A DNA stretch of 50,462 bases. Origin: an uncultured Candidatus Saccharibacteria bacterium. Its GTDB lineage: Bacteria > Patescibacteriota > Saccharimonadia > Saccharimonadales > Saccharimonadaceae. The position numbers and the translations under genes were made by a program. Numbering within the stretch: position 1 is the stretch's first letter; each line of letters opens with the position of its first letter. The notes beneath the pieces are model-generated. The model was not told the DNA's origin. It ran no database searches and was given only the letters and a program-made list of their open reading frames with translations. Of the stretch, positions 9,829 through 18,786 are shown in pieces. The stretch spans positions 1 through 50,462 of the forward strand of contig CAZSYG010000001.1 in the NCBI GenBank assembly GCA_964610655.1, given 5' to 3'.

Positions 9829-10696
9829 TTCGTGAAAGTAATAATTTTGTTTCTTTTTCTTCTTCGAGTTTCGTAATCGCGAAACTTCTTTCGCCTGCGT
9901 CTTTGAGCGACGCGCCGATATGATAAAATTCTTTTTTGTCCAAAATCAACAGTCGATCATGAAAATCATTCGTTTTATAAACTTCGAGCTTCGGATATTC
10001 CCCGTTAAACTTCCGAATTTCATTTAACGACAATTTCGTTGATGGCAAAGTCAGCGCGGAGACTAAAACTCCTTTTCGTTTATTTCTTAAAATATCTAAG
10101 GTATTTATATTTATATATCCATCAATCAGGAAAATTTCTTCCTTCGCGCGTTTAATTAAATCGACCAAGAAACTATACGCGTCATAAATCTGACCAGAAA
10201 AGAAAATTTTCTGCGCCGAGCCGAGACATTCATGTTCATCAATATGTTTAAGCAATTTAGAAATTTGCGCGTTCGTTTCTTTTTCAAATTCGAGTTGTTT
10301 TAATTCAATCGAGGAAATCCGCTCGAAAAGTGGCGCGTTTTTCGCGACGAAATTTCTCATCTCGACAAACGCTCGAATCATACTTACGCTAGATTCAACA
10401 TCTTTTAAAGCTAACGCGAGCATCACGATTCCTTGTTCCGTATAAACGTATGGCGGTTTTTCTGTCTTCGCTTTTTCCGGAAAAAGGGAATTAAACTCAT
10501 TCTTCGTTAACTTAAATCTAAAATCACTCGGGAAAAAGTCCGCGCTCCGATTTGCGATTCGGTTTAACTCTCTAGTTTCCATCTTATATAACGACGCCAT
10601 ATCAAAATCAAACACAACCGGCTTTTCGTGGATAATATGGATTAAGCTCGCTATATCAACTTTGCTTAATGGCGCAATATCTCGACTAATACTCAT
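9785..10696 (-). CDS. ORF6N-domain DNA-binding protein with a PLD-like C-terminal region
   Basis: FPSDFRFKLT...PYVYTEQGIVML (ORF6N); FHDRLLILD...YHIGASLKDAG. Confidence 0.8.
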   Translation of the reverse strand: MSISRDIAPLSKVDIASLIHIIHEKPVVFDFDMASLYKMETRELNRIANRSADFFPSDFRFKLTKNEFNSLFPEKAKTEKPPYVYTEQGIVMLALALKDVESSVSMIRAFVEMRNFVAKNAPLFERISSIELKQLEFEKETNAQISKLLKHIDEHECLGSAQKIFFSGQIYDAYSFLVDLIKRAKEEIFLIDGYININTLDILRNKRKGVLVSALTLPSTKLSLNEIRKFNGEYPKLEVYKTNDFHDRLLILDKKEFYHIGASLKDAGERSFAITKLEEEKETKLLLSRINAIRKQASQKVSA

Positions 10697-10750
10697 ATAA
10701 TATATTATACCATAAAAATCTTAAAATTAAAACTGCTAATTACCTCTATT

Positions 10751-10826
10751 TTGGCACTCTTGACATATGACTGCTAGTTTGCTACTATGAATATAGAAAC
10801 TAGCACTCATTTAATAAGACTGCTAA
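10751..10826 (+). promoter_or_regulatory. Two tandem CIRCE (HrcA) operators overlapping the dnaK promoter
   Basis: TTGGCACTC-N9-GACTGCTAG (10751-10777) and CTAGCACTC-N9-GACTGCTAA (10800-10826); TTGACA (10760)-17 nt-TACTAT (10783). Confidence 0.9.
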
Positions 10827-10841
10827 CGAAAGGAGATAAAT

Positions 10842-12719
10842 ATGTCAAAAATTATTGGAATTGACCTCGGAACAACTAACTCGGCGTTTGCTTATATGGT
10901 CGCCGGAAAGCCAGAAGTTATCACCAACAGCGAGGGCGACCGAACTACCCCGTCGGTCGTTGCGGTAACGAAAAAAGGCGACCGCCTCGTCGGGAAAGTT
11001 GCTCAACGTCAGCGCGTTACTAACCCGAAAAATACGATTTACGGGATTAAACGTCTAATCGGGCGTAAATTCTCCGACAAGGAAGTCCAAAAAGACCTCG
11101 ACATCATGCCCTATAAGATTGTCGAAAAAGGTAGCGGCGTTGCGGTTGAGATGGACGAGAAAAAATATACTCCGGAACAAATTTCCGCGATGGTTCTCTC
11201 AAAGATTAAAGCTGATGCTGAGGCTTTCCTCGGCGAAAAAGTGACCGAAGCGATTATTACCGTCCCCGCCTACTTCGACGATTCTCAACGCCAAGCGACC
11301 AAGAACGCCGGTAAAATCGCCGGTCTCGAGGTAAAAAGGATTATTCCTGAGCCAACCGCGGCGGCTCTTGCTTATGGTCTTAACAAAAAAGACGACGAAA
11401 AAATCGTTGTTTTCGACCTCGGCGGCGGAACGTTTGATGTTTCCGTCCTCGAACTCGGCGACGGCGTTTTTGAAGTTAAAGCGACTAATGGCGATACTCA
11501 TCTCGGCGGCGAGGATTTCGATAACATTATCGTCAACTATCTCTGCGACGAATTTAAGAAAGAATCTGGCGTCGATATTAAAGGTGATGCCGCGGCGATG
11601 CAGCGCATTAAAGATGAAGCCGAAAAAGCGAAAAAGGAACTTTCTTCCGCCGTCTCGACTGATATTAACCTCCCGTTCCTAACTGCTGACGCGGACGGCC
11701 CGAAACATTTTGAGCATACTCTAACTCGCGCAAAACTCGAAGAACTCGTCGCGCCTCTTCTCGACCGTCTCGAAGAACCAGTCAAAAAGGCGTTAAAAGA
11801 CGCGAAACTTTCCGAAAAAGATATTAACGAAGTTGTCATGGTCGGAGGTATGACCCGTATGCCGGCGGTTGTCGAAAAAGTTAAAAAGATTTTTGGTAAA
11901 GACCCGATGCAAGGCGTTAATCCCGATGAGGTCGTTGCGGTTGGCGCGGCGATTGAGGGCGGCGTTCTTCAAGGCGACGTTAAAGACGTTCTCCTTCTCG
12001 ACGTTACTCCGCTTTCTCTCGGTATCGAAACTATGGGCGGCGTCTGCACGAAACTAATCGACAGAAACACCACCATCCCGACTTCGAAGTCTCAGGTTTT
12101 CTCGACCGCTGCCGATAATCAGCCCCAAGTCGAAATCCACGTCCTCCAAGGCGAGCGCGAGATGGCAAACGACAACAAATCCCTCGGTCGTTTCATTCTC
12201 GACGGTATCGCTCCTGCTCCCCGCGGTATCCCTCAAATCGAAGTCACCTTTAACCTCGACGCGAACGGCATCTTAAACGTTACTGCGAAAGATAAGGGAA
12301 CCGGAAAAGAGCAGTCAATTACGATTCAAAACTCTGGGAATATGAGCAAGGAAGATATTGAAAAGGCTCAAAAAGAAGCCGAGCTCCACGCCGACGAAGA
12401 TAAGAAAAAACGCGAAGCTATCGACGCACGCAACGTTCTCGAAAATAAAGTCTACCAGTTCGAGAAGATGCCAGACGAATACAAAGACAAAATCTCCGAC
12501 GAGGATAAAGAGACAATCAAAAAGGCTTGCGACGCCGCGAAAGAAGTCTTAAAGGACGAAACCGCGGATAAGGAAAAACTCGAAGCCGCGACTAAAGACC
12601 TCGATTCTCGTATTATGCCCATCGGCGCGAAACTCTATCAACAAACTTCTTCCGACGCCTCTGCCTCTTCCGAAAAGAAAGATGACGACGACGCCGTTGA
12701 AGGTGAGGTGGTTAAATAG
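10842..12719 (+). CDS. dnaK: Chaperone DnaK (Hsp70)
   Basis: [42 protein letters not shown]. Confidence 0.99.
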   Translation: MSKIIGIDLGTTNSAFAYMVAGKPEVITNSEGDRTTPSVVAVTKKGDRLVGKVAQRQRVTNPKNTIYGIKRLIGRKFSDKEVQKDLDIMPYKIVEKGSGVAVEMDEKKYTPEQISAMVLSKIKADAEAFLGEKVTEAIITVPAYFDDSQRQATKNAGKIAGLEVKRIIPEPTAAALAYGLNKKDDEKIVVFDLGGGTFDVSVLELGDGVFEVKATNGDTHLGGEDFDNIIVNYLCDEFKKESGVDIKGDAAAMQRIKDEAEKAKKELSSAVSTDINLPFLTADADGPKHFEHTLTRAKLEELVAPLLDRLEEPVKKALKDAKLSEKDINEVVMVGGMTRMPAVVEKVKKIFGKDPMQGVNPDEVVAVGAAIEGGVLQGDVKDVLLLDVTPLSLGIETMGGVCTKLIDRNTTIPTSKSQVFSTAADNQPQVEIHVLQGEREMANDNKSLGRFILDGIAPAPRGIPQIEVTFNLDANGILNVTAKDKGTGKEQSITIQNSGNMSKEDIEKAQKEAELHADEDKKKREAIDARNVLENKVYQFEKMPDEYKDKISDEDKETIKKACDAAKEVLKDETADKEKLEAATKDLDSRIMPIGAKLYQQTSSDASASSEKKDDDDAVEGEVVK

Positions 12720-12741
12720 AATAACTTTTAACTTATAATTC

Positions 12742-12779
12742 AAAAAAACAAGGTCGGAATTGACTTCCGCCTTGTTTTT
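12742..12779. terminator. Bidirectional terminator-like hairpin after dnaK, homologous to the hairpin at 31727-31762
   Basis: AAAAACAAGG-T-CGGAA-TTGAC-TTCCG-CCTTGTTTTT. Confidence 0.75.
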
Positions 12780-12792
12780 AATCCCAAACTAT

Positions 12793-13197
12793 AAAAAAAT
12801 CGGGGGGAGAGGGGAACCGAGCTGGAACCCTCTCTCCGGCCAACAGGACTACTACCGAGCCACGCAGCGAACCGCGCGACCGTTGCCCTTACTGTTGTTG
12901 TTCTGTGGGTTGATGTTCGTAGAGTTGAAGTTCAAGTTGCGAGCGTTCGTAGGCGACGAAGCATACGAGGACCAGAAGTTGCCGTTGTTGCCGCGGTTGT
13001 TGAGGCCGCCATTAGGATAATTGTAGTTGCCGCTTCTTATAACTGGAACGAACTATTCCCACAAGGAATCGCTTTATTAACTTTACTTTCGTAAAAGTAA
13101 AACACCCTGACCTTTTAAAAAGGGTATTCCTCGATTTTTATCATTCTACTCCTAGAGATAGCGCCTCTCCCAGCAACGATTTTCTAAAAGTAGATGC
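12793..13197 (-). ncRNA. Putative stand-alone DGR template RNA, cassette 1
   Basis: Minus-strand TATAAT at 13209-13204; structured leader; AAC-rich template repeat; 3' GC hairpin and U-run; near-identical second copy 19,022 bp away. Confidence 0.8.
12852..13040 (-). repeat. DGR template repeat TR1
   Basis: Reads IRSGNYNYPNGGLNNRGNNGNFWSSYASSPTNARNLNFNSTNINPQNNNSKGNGRAVRCVAR*; 18 of 62 codons are AAY; in-frame stop 4 codons upstream and no start codon. Confidence 0.85.
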
Positions 13198-13226
13198 AAC
13201 TATATTATATAATAATCTCCCGCTCT

Positions 13227-14288
13227 CTAAAATTTTACCCGTTTTAGATGTTCTTTCGCTTTCAAAGTTACCATTCTTCCCCTTGGCGTCCTCTCTAACA
13301 TTCCGAGCTGTAATAAGTATGGTTCATAATAATCCTCAATCGTCGAGGGTTCATCTCCCGTCAGCGCCGCAATCGTCGTTAGCCCAACCGGTCTATCTCC
13401 ATAATTCTCCAACATCAACTCCAACATATTTCTATCCGCCGGATCCAACCCCAGCTCATCCACTTCCATCATCATCAGCGCCTCTTCTGCGGTTTTCCTA
13501 TCAACAATCCCGTCTCCGTTGACATCTGCATAATCCCGCACTCGTTTAAACAACCTGTTCGCAATTCGCGGCGTCAACCGCGAGCGTGTCGATAGTAGCG
13601 CCGTCGCTTCTGGCGAAATCTCCGTCTTTAAAATCCCCGCCGTCCGCGTAATAATTTTCTGAATCTCCCCCTCTTTATAATACTCAAGCCGATGAATTAT
13701 CCCGAACCTATCTCTTAGCGGCCCCGCCAGCGCTCCCGTTCGTGTCGTCGCTCCAATCACCGTAAATTTCGGTAAATCTAGCCGAACCGACCGCGCCGCC
13801 GGCCCTTTCCCGATGACGATGTCGAGTTTATAATCTTCCATCGCCGAATATAAAATCTCCTCAACCGTTCGCCTCAACCGATGAATCTCGTCAATAAATA
13901 AAACGTCCCCCGATTGTAAATTCGTCAAAATCGACGCCAAATCCCCCGCCCGCTCAATCGCCGGCCCCGACGTCACCCTTAAATTCGCCCCAATCTCATG
14001 CGCAATCACGTTCGCCATCGTCGTTTTCCCCAACCCTGGCGGGCCATACAACAAAACATGGTCAAGCGCCGACCCATCGTTGCGTTTTTTCACGGCGTCA
14101 ATCGCGAGTTTAAGATTCGTTTTTAGCCGCTCCTGTCCGATATAAGAAGAAAAATCCGTCGGCCTGAGCGAAACCTCAATTTCCCGTTCTTCCGAGTTCG
14201 ATTCATTCAACTCCGAATCAACCAACCTCTCTTTTTTCGCGGAAAAAACCTCTCCTGTCTCCTCGTTAAAACTCCTCTTGATACTCAT
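13227..14288 (-). CDS. ruvB: Holliday junction helicase RuvB
   Basis: [37 protein letters not shown]; start chosen at MSIKR. Confidence 0.97.
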   Translation of the reverse strand: MSIKRSFNEETGEVFSAKKERLVDSELNESNSEEREIEVSLRPTDFSSYIGQERLKTNLKLAIDAVKKRNDGSALDHVLLYGPPGLGKTTMANVIAHEIGANLRVTSGPAIERAGDLASILTNLQSGDVLFIDEIHRLRRTVEEILYSAMEDYKLDIVIGKGPAARSVRLDLPKFTVIGATTRTGALAGPLRDRFGIIHRLEYYKEGEIQKIITRTAGILKTEISPEATALLSTRSRLTPRIANRLFKRVRDYADVNGDGIVDRKTAEEALMMMEVDELGLDPADRNMLELMLENYGDRPVGLTTIAALTGDEPSTIEDYYEPYLLQLGMLERTPRGRMVTLKAKEHLKRVKF

Positions 14289-14406
14289 TCTGTCTAAAAT
14301 TATACCATAAATTCTTGTCATTTTCCCTCCGCGCTCCAATCACGCCTCGACCCCTGTAAAATGCGTAAAAATGCCTTTAAACTTGTCCGGAAAATTCCGC
14401 CCATGC

Positions 14407-14433
14407 TTGCAATCGGGGGGGGGGTGCTAAAAT
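14407..14433 (+). promoter_or_regulatory. Putative promoter with a G10 tract in its spacer
   Basis: TTGCAA-TC-G10-TGC-TAAAAT upstream of the ClpP-like gene. Confidence 0.55.
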
Positions 14434-14488
14434 TTTAGCTAGCCGGGGCTATAGCTAGCCTATCCCGACGAACTTTTCTAGAAAAGGA

Positions 14489-15145
14489 GTGAGAAAAATG
14501 GCGACGGATTTCCTCGCGAAAATCCCGAATAATCTCCGTGTTAGCTGCGATATCTACGAATATCTCGGCTACCAAGACGTCCTCGACCGCCGTCTCTATC
14601 TGAGCGGCGCGATTTCCTACGACAACGACGCTTTCTCCGACCCCGACGTGATGTCGCCCGAGGACATCGTTCAGTATATCCTCCAGTTCAACCGCGAGGA
14701 TAAGGAGCTCAAGCCCGAAGAGCGGAAGCCCATCCGCCTTTACATCAATTCCCCGGGCGGCGACATCGAACAGGGTTTCCCCATCGTCAGCGCGATTCAG
14801 CTCAGCCGCACCCCCGTCTATACCATCAACGTCGGCGAATGGGCGTCGATGGCTTTCCTGATTGGGATTACCGGCCACCGCCGCTTCTCCCTGCCCTATA
14901 TGCAGTTCTTGATGCACGACGGCTCGAACTTCATTCTCGGTTCCACCGGTAAGGTTCAGGATCAAGCGGACTTCAACAAGCGCTTCGAAAAAGAAGTCGT
15001 CAAGCGCCACGTTCTCTCCCACAGCAAGATTTCCGAAAAGGAATATGACAAGCGTTTCCGCGAAGAGTGGTATATGCTCCCCGAAGACGCCCTCGAAAAG
15101 GGTTTCATCGACCACGTCGTTACCTCCCTCGACGAAATCTTCTAA
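14489..15145 (+). CDS. ClpP-family (S14) protease subunit, divergent
   Basis: [15 protein letters not shown] (Ser), FLMHD (His), [10 protein letters not shown]; AAGGAG upstream, so the start may be ATG 14498. Confidence 0.85.
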   Translation: MRKMATDFLAKIPNNLRVSCDIYEYLGYQDVLDRRLYLSGAISYDNDAFSDPDVMSPEDIVQYILQFNREDKELKPEERKPIRLYINSPGGDIEQGFPIVSAIQLSRTPVYTINVGEWASMAFLIGITGHRRFSLPYMQFLMHDGSNFILGSTGKVQDQADFNKRFEKEVVKRHVLSHSKISEKEYDKRFREEWYMLPEDALEKGFIDHVVTSLDEIF

Positions 15146-15150
15146 CTCCT

Positions 15151-15176
15151 ATGCCCCGCTTCTGCGGGGTATTTTT
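15151..15176 (+). terminator. Intrinsic terminator
   Basis: ATGCCCCGC-TTCT-GCGGGGTAT followed by a T-run. Confidence 0.75.
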
Positions 15177-15204
15177 ATGCTATAATAATAAAAAAGGAGT
15201 TTTT

Positions 15205-15747
15205 ATGGAATTAAAGAAAAACAGTAAAACTTGGAAAAATCTCGAATTCGCTTTCGCTGGCGAGTCTCAGGCTTTCACGAAATATAACTATTTCGCCTCT
15301 CAGGCTAAAAAAGATGGCTACGAACAAATCGCCGACATCTTCCTCGAAACCGCCGGCAACGAAAAGGAACATGCCAAGATGTGGTATAAATATCTTAACG
15401 GCGGCAAAGTCGGCTCGACGAAGGAGAATCTAACCGCCGCGATTAACGGCGAGAATGCCGAATGGACAGACATGTATAAACGCTTCGCTGAGGAAGCTCG
15501 CGAAGAGGGTTATGAAGAAATCGCGAAAAAATTCGAGGGCGTCGCGAATGTCGAAAAGGAACATGAAGCTCGCTATCTAAAGCTCCGCGATAATATCGAA
15601 AGCGACGTTGTCTTTAAATCCGATAAAGTTACGATTTGGAAATGCCGTAACTGTGGCGCGATTTATGTCGGCGAAGAAGCGCCGGAACTCTGTCCGGTTT
15701 GCGCCCACCCTCGCTCCTATTTCGAAATAAAAGCGAATAACTACTAA
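15205..15747 (+). CDS. rbr: Rubrerythrin
   Basis: [21 protein letters not shown]-terminal CRNCG...CPVCAHP; AAGGAG before ATG 15205. Confidence 0.95.
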   Translation: MELKKNSKTWKNLEFAFAGESQAFTKYNYFASQAKKDGYEQIADIFLETAGNEKEHAKMWYKYLNGGKVGSTKENLTAAINGENAEWTDMYKRFAEEAREEGYEEIAKKFEGVANVEKEHEARYLKLRDNIESDVVFKSDKVTIWKCRNCGAIYVGEEAPELCPVCAHPRSYFEIKANNY

Positions 15748-15753
15748 AACCCC

Positions 15754-15776
15754 GCCCGCCGAGGCGGGCTTTTTCT
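15754..15776 (+). terminator. Intrinsic terminator
   Basis: GCCCGCC-GA-GGCGGGC followed by TTTTT. Confidence 0.65.
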
Positions 15777-15807
15777 TATCTTGAATTTATGATATAATTA
15801 TCTCAAT

Positions 15808-16509
15808 ATGTCAGGACATTCAAAATGGGCAACGACTAAACGTCAGAAAGCCGTCGTTGACGCGAAACGCGGCGCCCTCTTTACTAAAATCGGCAATCAA
15901 ATTGCCATCGCCGCTCGCGCCGGTACTGACCCCAATATGAACCCTAGCCTCGCGATGGTGCTCGAAAAAGCCCGCCTCGCGAATATGCCAAAAGCGAATA
16001 TCGAACGCGCAATCGCTCGCGTCGCTGATAAATCCGCCGCTACTTTAATCGAAGAAACCTACGAAGCCTACGGCCCAGGCGGAACCGGAATTATTATCGA
16101 AGTTGCGACCGATAACAAAAACCGCACGATGCCCGAAGTTCGCCATACCCTCGATAAAAACGGCGGTCGAATGGCGGAGCCGGGTTCCGTTATGTTCCAA
16201 TTCTCCCGAAAAGGCGTTATTTTTACCCCCGATAAATCCGAAGACAATCTCCTCCTCGCCCTCGACGCTGGCGCCGAAGATGCTGAAGAAGTCGAAGACG
16301 GTCTCGAAATCATCACTTCCGCCTCCGACTTAATGAAAATCCGCGCCGACCTAATCGAAAAGGGAATCAACGTCGAATCCGCCGAGCTAAAATATCTCCC
16401 GACCTCGACCGTCCCTGTTGAGGGCGAAACCGCCGAAAAGCTCGAAAAACTCCTCGACGCGATTGACGACCTCGACGATGTAACCGCTGTTCATACTAAC
16501 GCCGAATAA
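15808..16509 (+). CDS. yebC: YebC/PmpR family protein
   Basis: MSGHSKW, NMPKANIERAI, YEAYGPGG, TDNKNRT, DLDDV. Confidence 0.95.
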   Translation: MSGHSKWATTKRQKAVVDAKRGALFTKIGNQIAIAARAGTDPNMNPSLAMVLEKARLANMPKANIERAIARVADKSAATLIEETYEAYGPGGTGIIIEVATDNKNRTMPEVRHTLDKNGGRMAEPGSVMFQFSRKGVIFTPDKSEDNLLLALDAGAEDAEEVEDGLEIITSASDLMKIRADLIEKGINVESAELKYLPTSTVPVEGETAEKLEKLLDAIDDLDDVTAVHTNAE

Positions 16510-16527
16510 AATAAAAAAGGAGGTAAA

Positions 16528-17106
16528 ATGAAAACTTCTCTCGCCCGCATCCGCCACGCTCGCAGCAAACAGGAGTTTCCCTTTCTCCCTCTCGAAGAGG
16601 GCGAATATGTCGAGCTTTCGATTGAACGCTCGAAGCTCGGCCTCGTCCTAATTTGGGGTGGTAGCCTCGTTGCGATTCTCGGAATCCTCGCTCTCGGCGT
16701 AACTATCTCTAGCTCGCTCTCCACTAAACTCGGCTCCGTTCCAGCTTCGGCGATGCCCTACTTCTATCTCCTAATCATCTCTTTAGTTCTCGTTGTTATC
16801 GTTGCTTGCCTCGTTGGCTCAAAGGTCTATAAAGATAACCATCTCTACATCACCAACAACCGCGTCTTTGAATATGGAACCTCTAGCCTCTTTTCCCGCT
16901 CGACCAACATCATCGAGCTTTACCGAATCGAAGATGTCTCCTTTAAACAATCCGGTATTTTCGACTATCTTTTCCACATCGGAACTATCCGCATGTCGAC
17001 CGTCGGCGACGAAACGACCTATACTTTCCCCTTTGTCGATACTCCGACCGACGAAGTCAATTTCATCGCCCATCTCATCCATCTCGCGAAAGACCGCCGC
17101 GGCTAA
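16528..17106 (+). CDS. Membrane protein with a bacterial PH domain
   Basis: Two TMs followed by YITNNRV...LYRIEDVSFKQSGIFDYLFHIGTI. Confidence 0.75.
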   Translation: MKTSLARIRHARSKQEFPFLPLEEGEYVELSIERSKLGLVLIWGGSLVAILGILALGVTISSSLSTKLGSVPASAMPYFYLLIISLVLVVIVACLVGSKVYKDNHLYITNNRVFEYGTSSLFSRSTNIIELYRIEDVSFKQSGIFDYLFHIGTIRMSTVGDETTYTFPFVDTPTDEVNFIAHLIHLAKDRRG

Positions 17107-17122
17107 ACCTCTCGATTTTCTC

Positions 17123-17151
17123 TTGACAAAACACCCCGCTTATGCTAAAAT
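17123..17151 (+). promoter_or_regulatory. Near-consensus sigma70 promoter with no sense gene downstream
   Basis: TTGACA-17 nt-TAAAAT with an extended -10 TG. Confidence 0.6.
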
Positions 17152-17183
17152 AGACTCAACGACTCCCCGAAGCCGATTTTTTC

Positions 17184-17573
17184 CTAGTTTCGGTTTTTCT
17201 TGATATAATCGTCTTCTTTCTCTAATTCCGCCCTTAAAGTATATTCTTTACATAACCCATCTTTACAATTCGTCGCCTCATAAGAGTACGAACTAAAATC
17301 TGTTCCAATATAAAACCCCAGCGGGTCGGTAAATAACGCCGGATCTATGATGGTTAAAATCTTCTCAGAAATCTCCTCCGGATAGCCATTTTTCGCCGGA
17401 TAATACCCCTCTTCTAACGCATAATACATCGCGTTTATCGCGGCCTTCCTCTTTTCGTCTCTGTTCATCGCGTCTACATTTGACTTTTGCACAAAAAACA
17501 ATATCAGCGCCAATCCAGCGAACGCCCCCACAATAATAATTTCTAAAACCGTAAATCCGCGTTTATTTTTCAT
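17184..17573 (-). CDS. Type IV pilin-like protein
   Basis: MKNKRG|FTVLEIIIV prepilin cleavage motif and a C-terminal Cys pair; the longer ORF-track call runs into the tRNA. Confidence 0.88.
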   Translation of the reverse strand: MKNKRGFTVLEIIIVGAFAGLALILFFVQKSNVDAMNRDEKRKAAINAMYYALEEGYYPAKNGYPEEISEKILTIIDPALFTDPLGFYIGTDFSSYSYEATNCKDGLCKEYTLRAELEKEDDYIKKNRN

Positions 17574-17580
17574 AATTTTC

Positions 17581-17666
17581 TGGCGGAAGGGACAAGATTC
17601 GAACTTGCGAGGCGTTAACCTGCCGGTTTTCAAGACCGGTGCCTTAAACCACTCGGCCACCCTTCC
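17581..17666 (-). tRNA. tRNA-Ser(TGA)
   Basis: GGAAGGGTGGCCGAGTGGTTTAAGGCA-CCGGT-CTTGAAA-ACCGG, variable arm, GTTCGAATC, ...CCTTCCGCCA. Confidence 0.95.
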
Positions 17667-17723
17667 GCTCCTTATTTTACCATATCTCCCATCTCGTGTC
17701 GATAAGCCTAAACTCGGCTCTCT

Positions 17724-18059
17724 CTACTCTTTCTCGCTCCACCCTGCCGCTTTCAACGATTCCCAAGTCTCTTCTTCGCTCATCTCCTCACTCTCGCTCG
17801 CAAAAACCGCATCAACATCCGCGTCCGTCACTCCGTCTTGCCCTCTCGACTCCGAAGTTTCCTCCGTTCCCGAGCTCTCTTCTGTCCCTGAATTTCCTCC
17901 TGTCTCCGAATCCCCTCCCCCTATCTCTTCGCTCCCCCCAAACCAACTAATCTCCCCGCCCTGTCCATTCCAAATCTTCACAAAAAGTACCCCAATCCCC
18001 ACCAACACCACGACCATCACCCCAATTCCAATCTTTAAAGCTAGACTTCCTTTTTTCAT
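17724..18059 (-). CDS. Small membrane-anchored acidic protein
   Basis: N-terminal TM and a G/S/E-rich tail; GAGGAG upstream. Confidence 0.6.
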   Translation of the reverse strand: MKKGSLALKIGIGVMVVVLVGIGVLFVKIWNGQGGEISWFGGSEEIGGGDSETGGNSGTEESSGTEETSESRGQDGVTDADVDAVFASESEEMSEEETWESLKAAGWSEKE

Positions 18060-18067
18060 TTCTCCTC

Positions 18068-18727
18068 CTAACTCTTCCTAAATGTATAAAAATATACGTT
18101 TCTTTTCGCGGCATCTCTCAATGTTTTCCAACTTATCGCTTTTCCACAATACGTACTATCATTCCCGCAATGCGTCGGCGACGAAACTTGAACCGTCCCA
18201 TTCGACTTTGCCGCGTAAATTACCAAATATCTATCTCCATCTCCCTCAAACGGCTTATTCCCTTGCGCTCGCATAATTATCACATATCCACTTTTCAGCC
18301 CACTCGCTATCTTTTTCCAAACCGAATCTGAATTTCCGCTCATCCCAACAACGTCATACCCATATTCCGCCATGATGTCCCAAATAAAATTACGCGGCAT
18401 ACTACCTGATAGATATGCGCTCTTCCCACTTCCCGCAACCGAAGTCCAAATCCCCCAGTTATACGCCGCTTTCGCGACAGTCGACGGGGTAACAGAAAGT
18501 TTATATCGAATCCTCAGCGCCGCCGCGACCGCCGCAATCGACGTCCCATTAAAACACGCTACTCCCCTATATCCATGTCCTCCAGTATCACAAATCCCGA
18601 AATGTCCATTTTTCGTCCCCCAATATCTTGACTTCCACGCAAACGCGTTTTCACTTCGCGCAATCGACCCAACAATCGCCATCACCCCCACCAAGGCTAC
18701 TATGGTTACTTTTTTAAACTTAATCAT
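18068..18727 (-). CDS. Secreted protein, C39 peptidase-like fold (degenerate)
   Basis: Signal peptide ending AFA; ACFNGTSIAAV...VTP, LKSGYVII, YLVIY, VQVSSP spaced like C39-like motifs. Confidence 0.55.
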   Translation of the reverse strand: MIKFKKVTIVALVGVMAIVGSIARSENAFAWKSRYWGTKNGHFGICDTGGHGYRGVACFNGTSIAAVAAALRIRYKLSVTPSTVAKAAYNWGIWTSVAGSGKSAYLSGSMPRNFIWDIMAEYGYDVVGMSGNSDSVWKKIASGLKSGYVIIMRAQGNKPFEGDGDRYLVIYAAKSNGTVQVSSPTHCGNDSTYCGKAISWKTLRDAAKRNVYFYTFRKS

Positions 18728-18786
18728 AATAAAATTATATCATACTTCCTTAAAAACTCCCATTTTTTGTTATAATTAAGCTAAAG

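Noticed and set aside
11339-11370. Dna[11 protein letters not shown] instead of RIINEPTAAA, and the atypical LepA KIHTGD segment
   Set aside because: Isolated substitutions in otherwise intact genes; likely lineage variation that cannot be assessed without alignments.
12760-13020. 86-aa plus-strand ORF and its 111-aa look-alike at 31713-32048
   Set aside because: These are antisense shadows of the AAC-rich TRs, with TTG starts inside or beside hairpins and no SD. The G-U pairing and -10 box point to the minus strand.
12795-13040. Repeat pair as a CRISPR array, IS or TR-VR pair
   Set aside because: No repeat-spacer periodicity, no transposase, neither copy is in an ORF, and the mismatches are not one-sided at adenines.
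14435-15115. 226-aa minus-strand ORF
   Set aside because: Antisense to the ClpP-like gene, which has clear motifs, an SD and a terminator.
17574-17660. N-terminal extension of the pilin ORF
   Set aside because: It is a translation of tRNA-Ser; the prepilin motif fixes the start at 17573.
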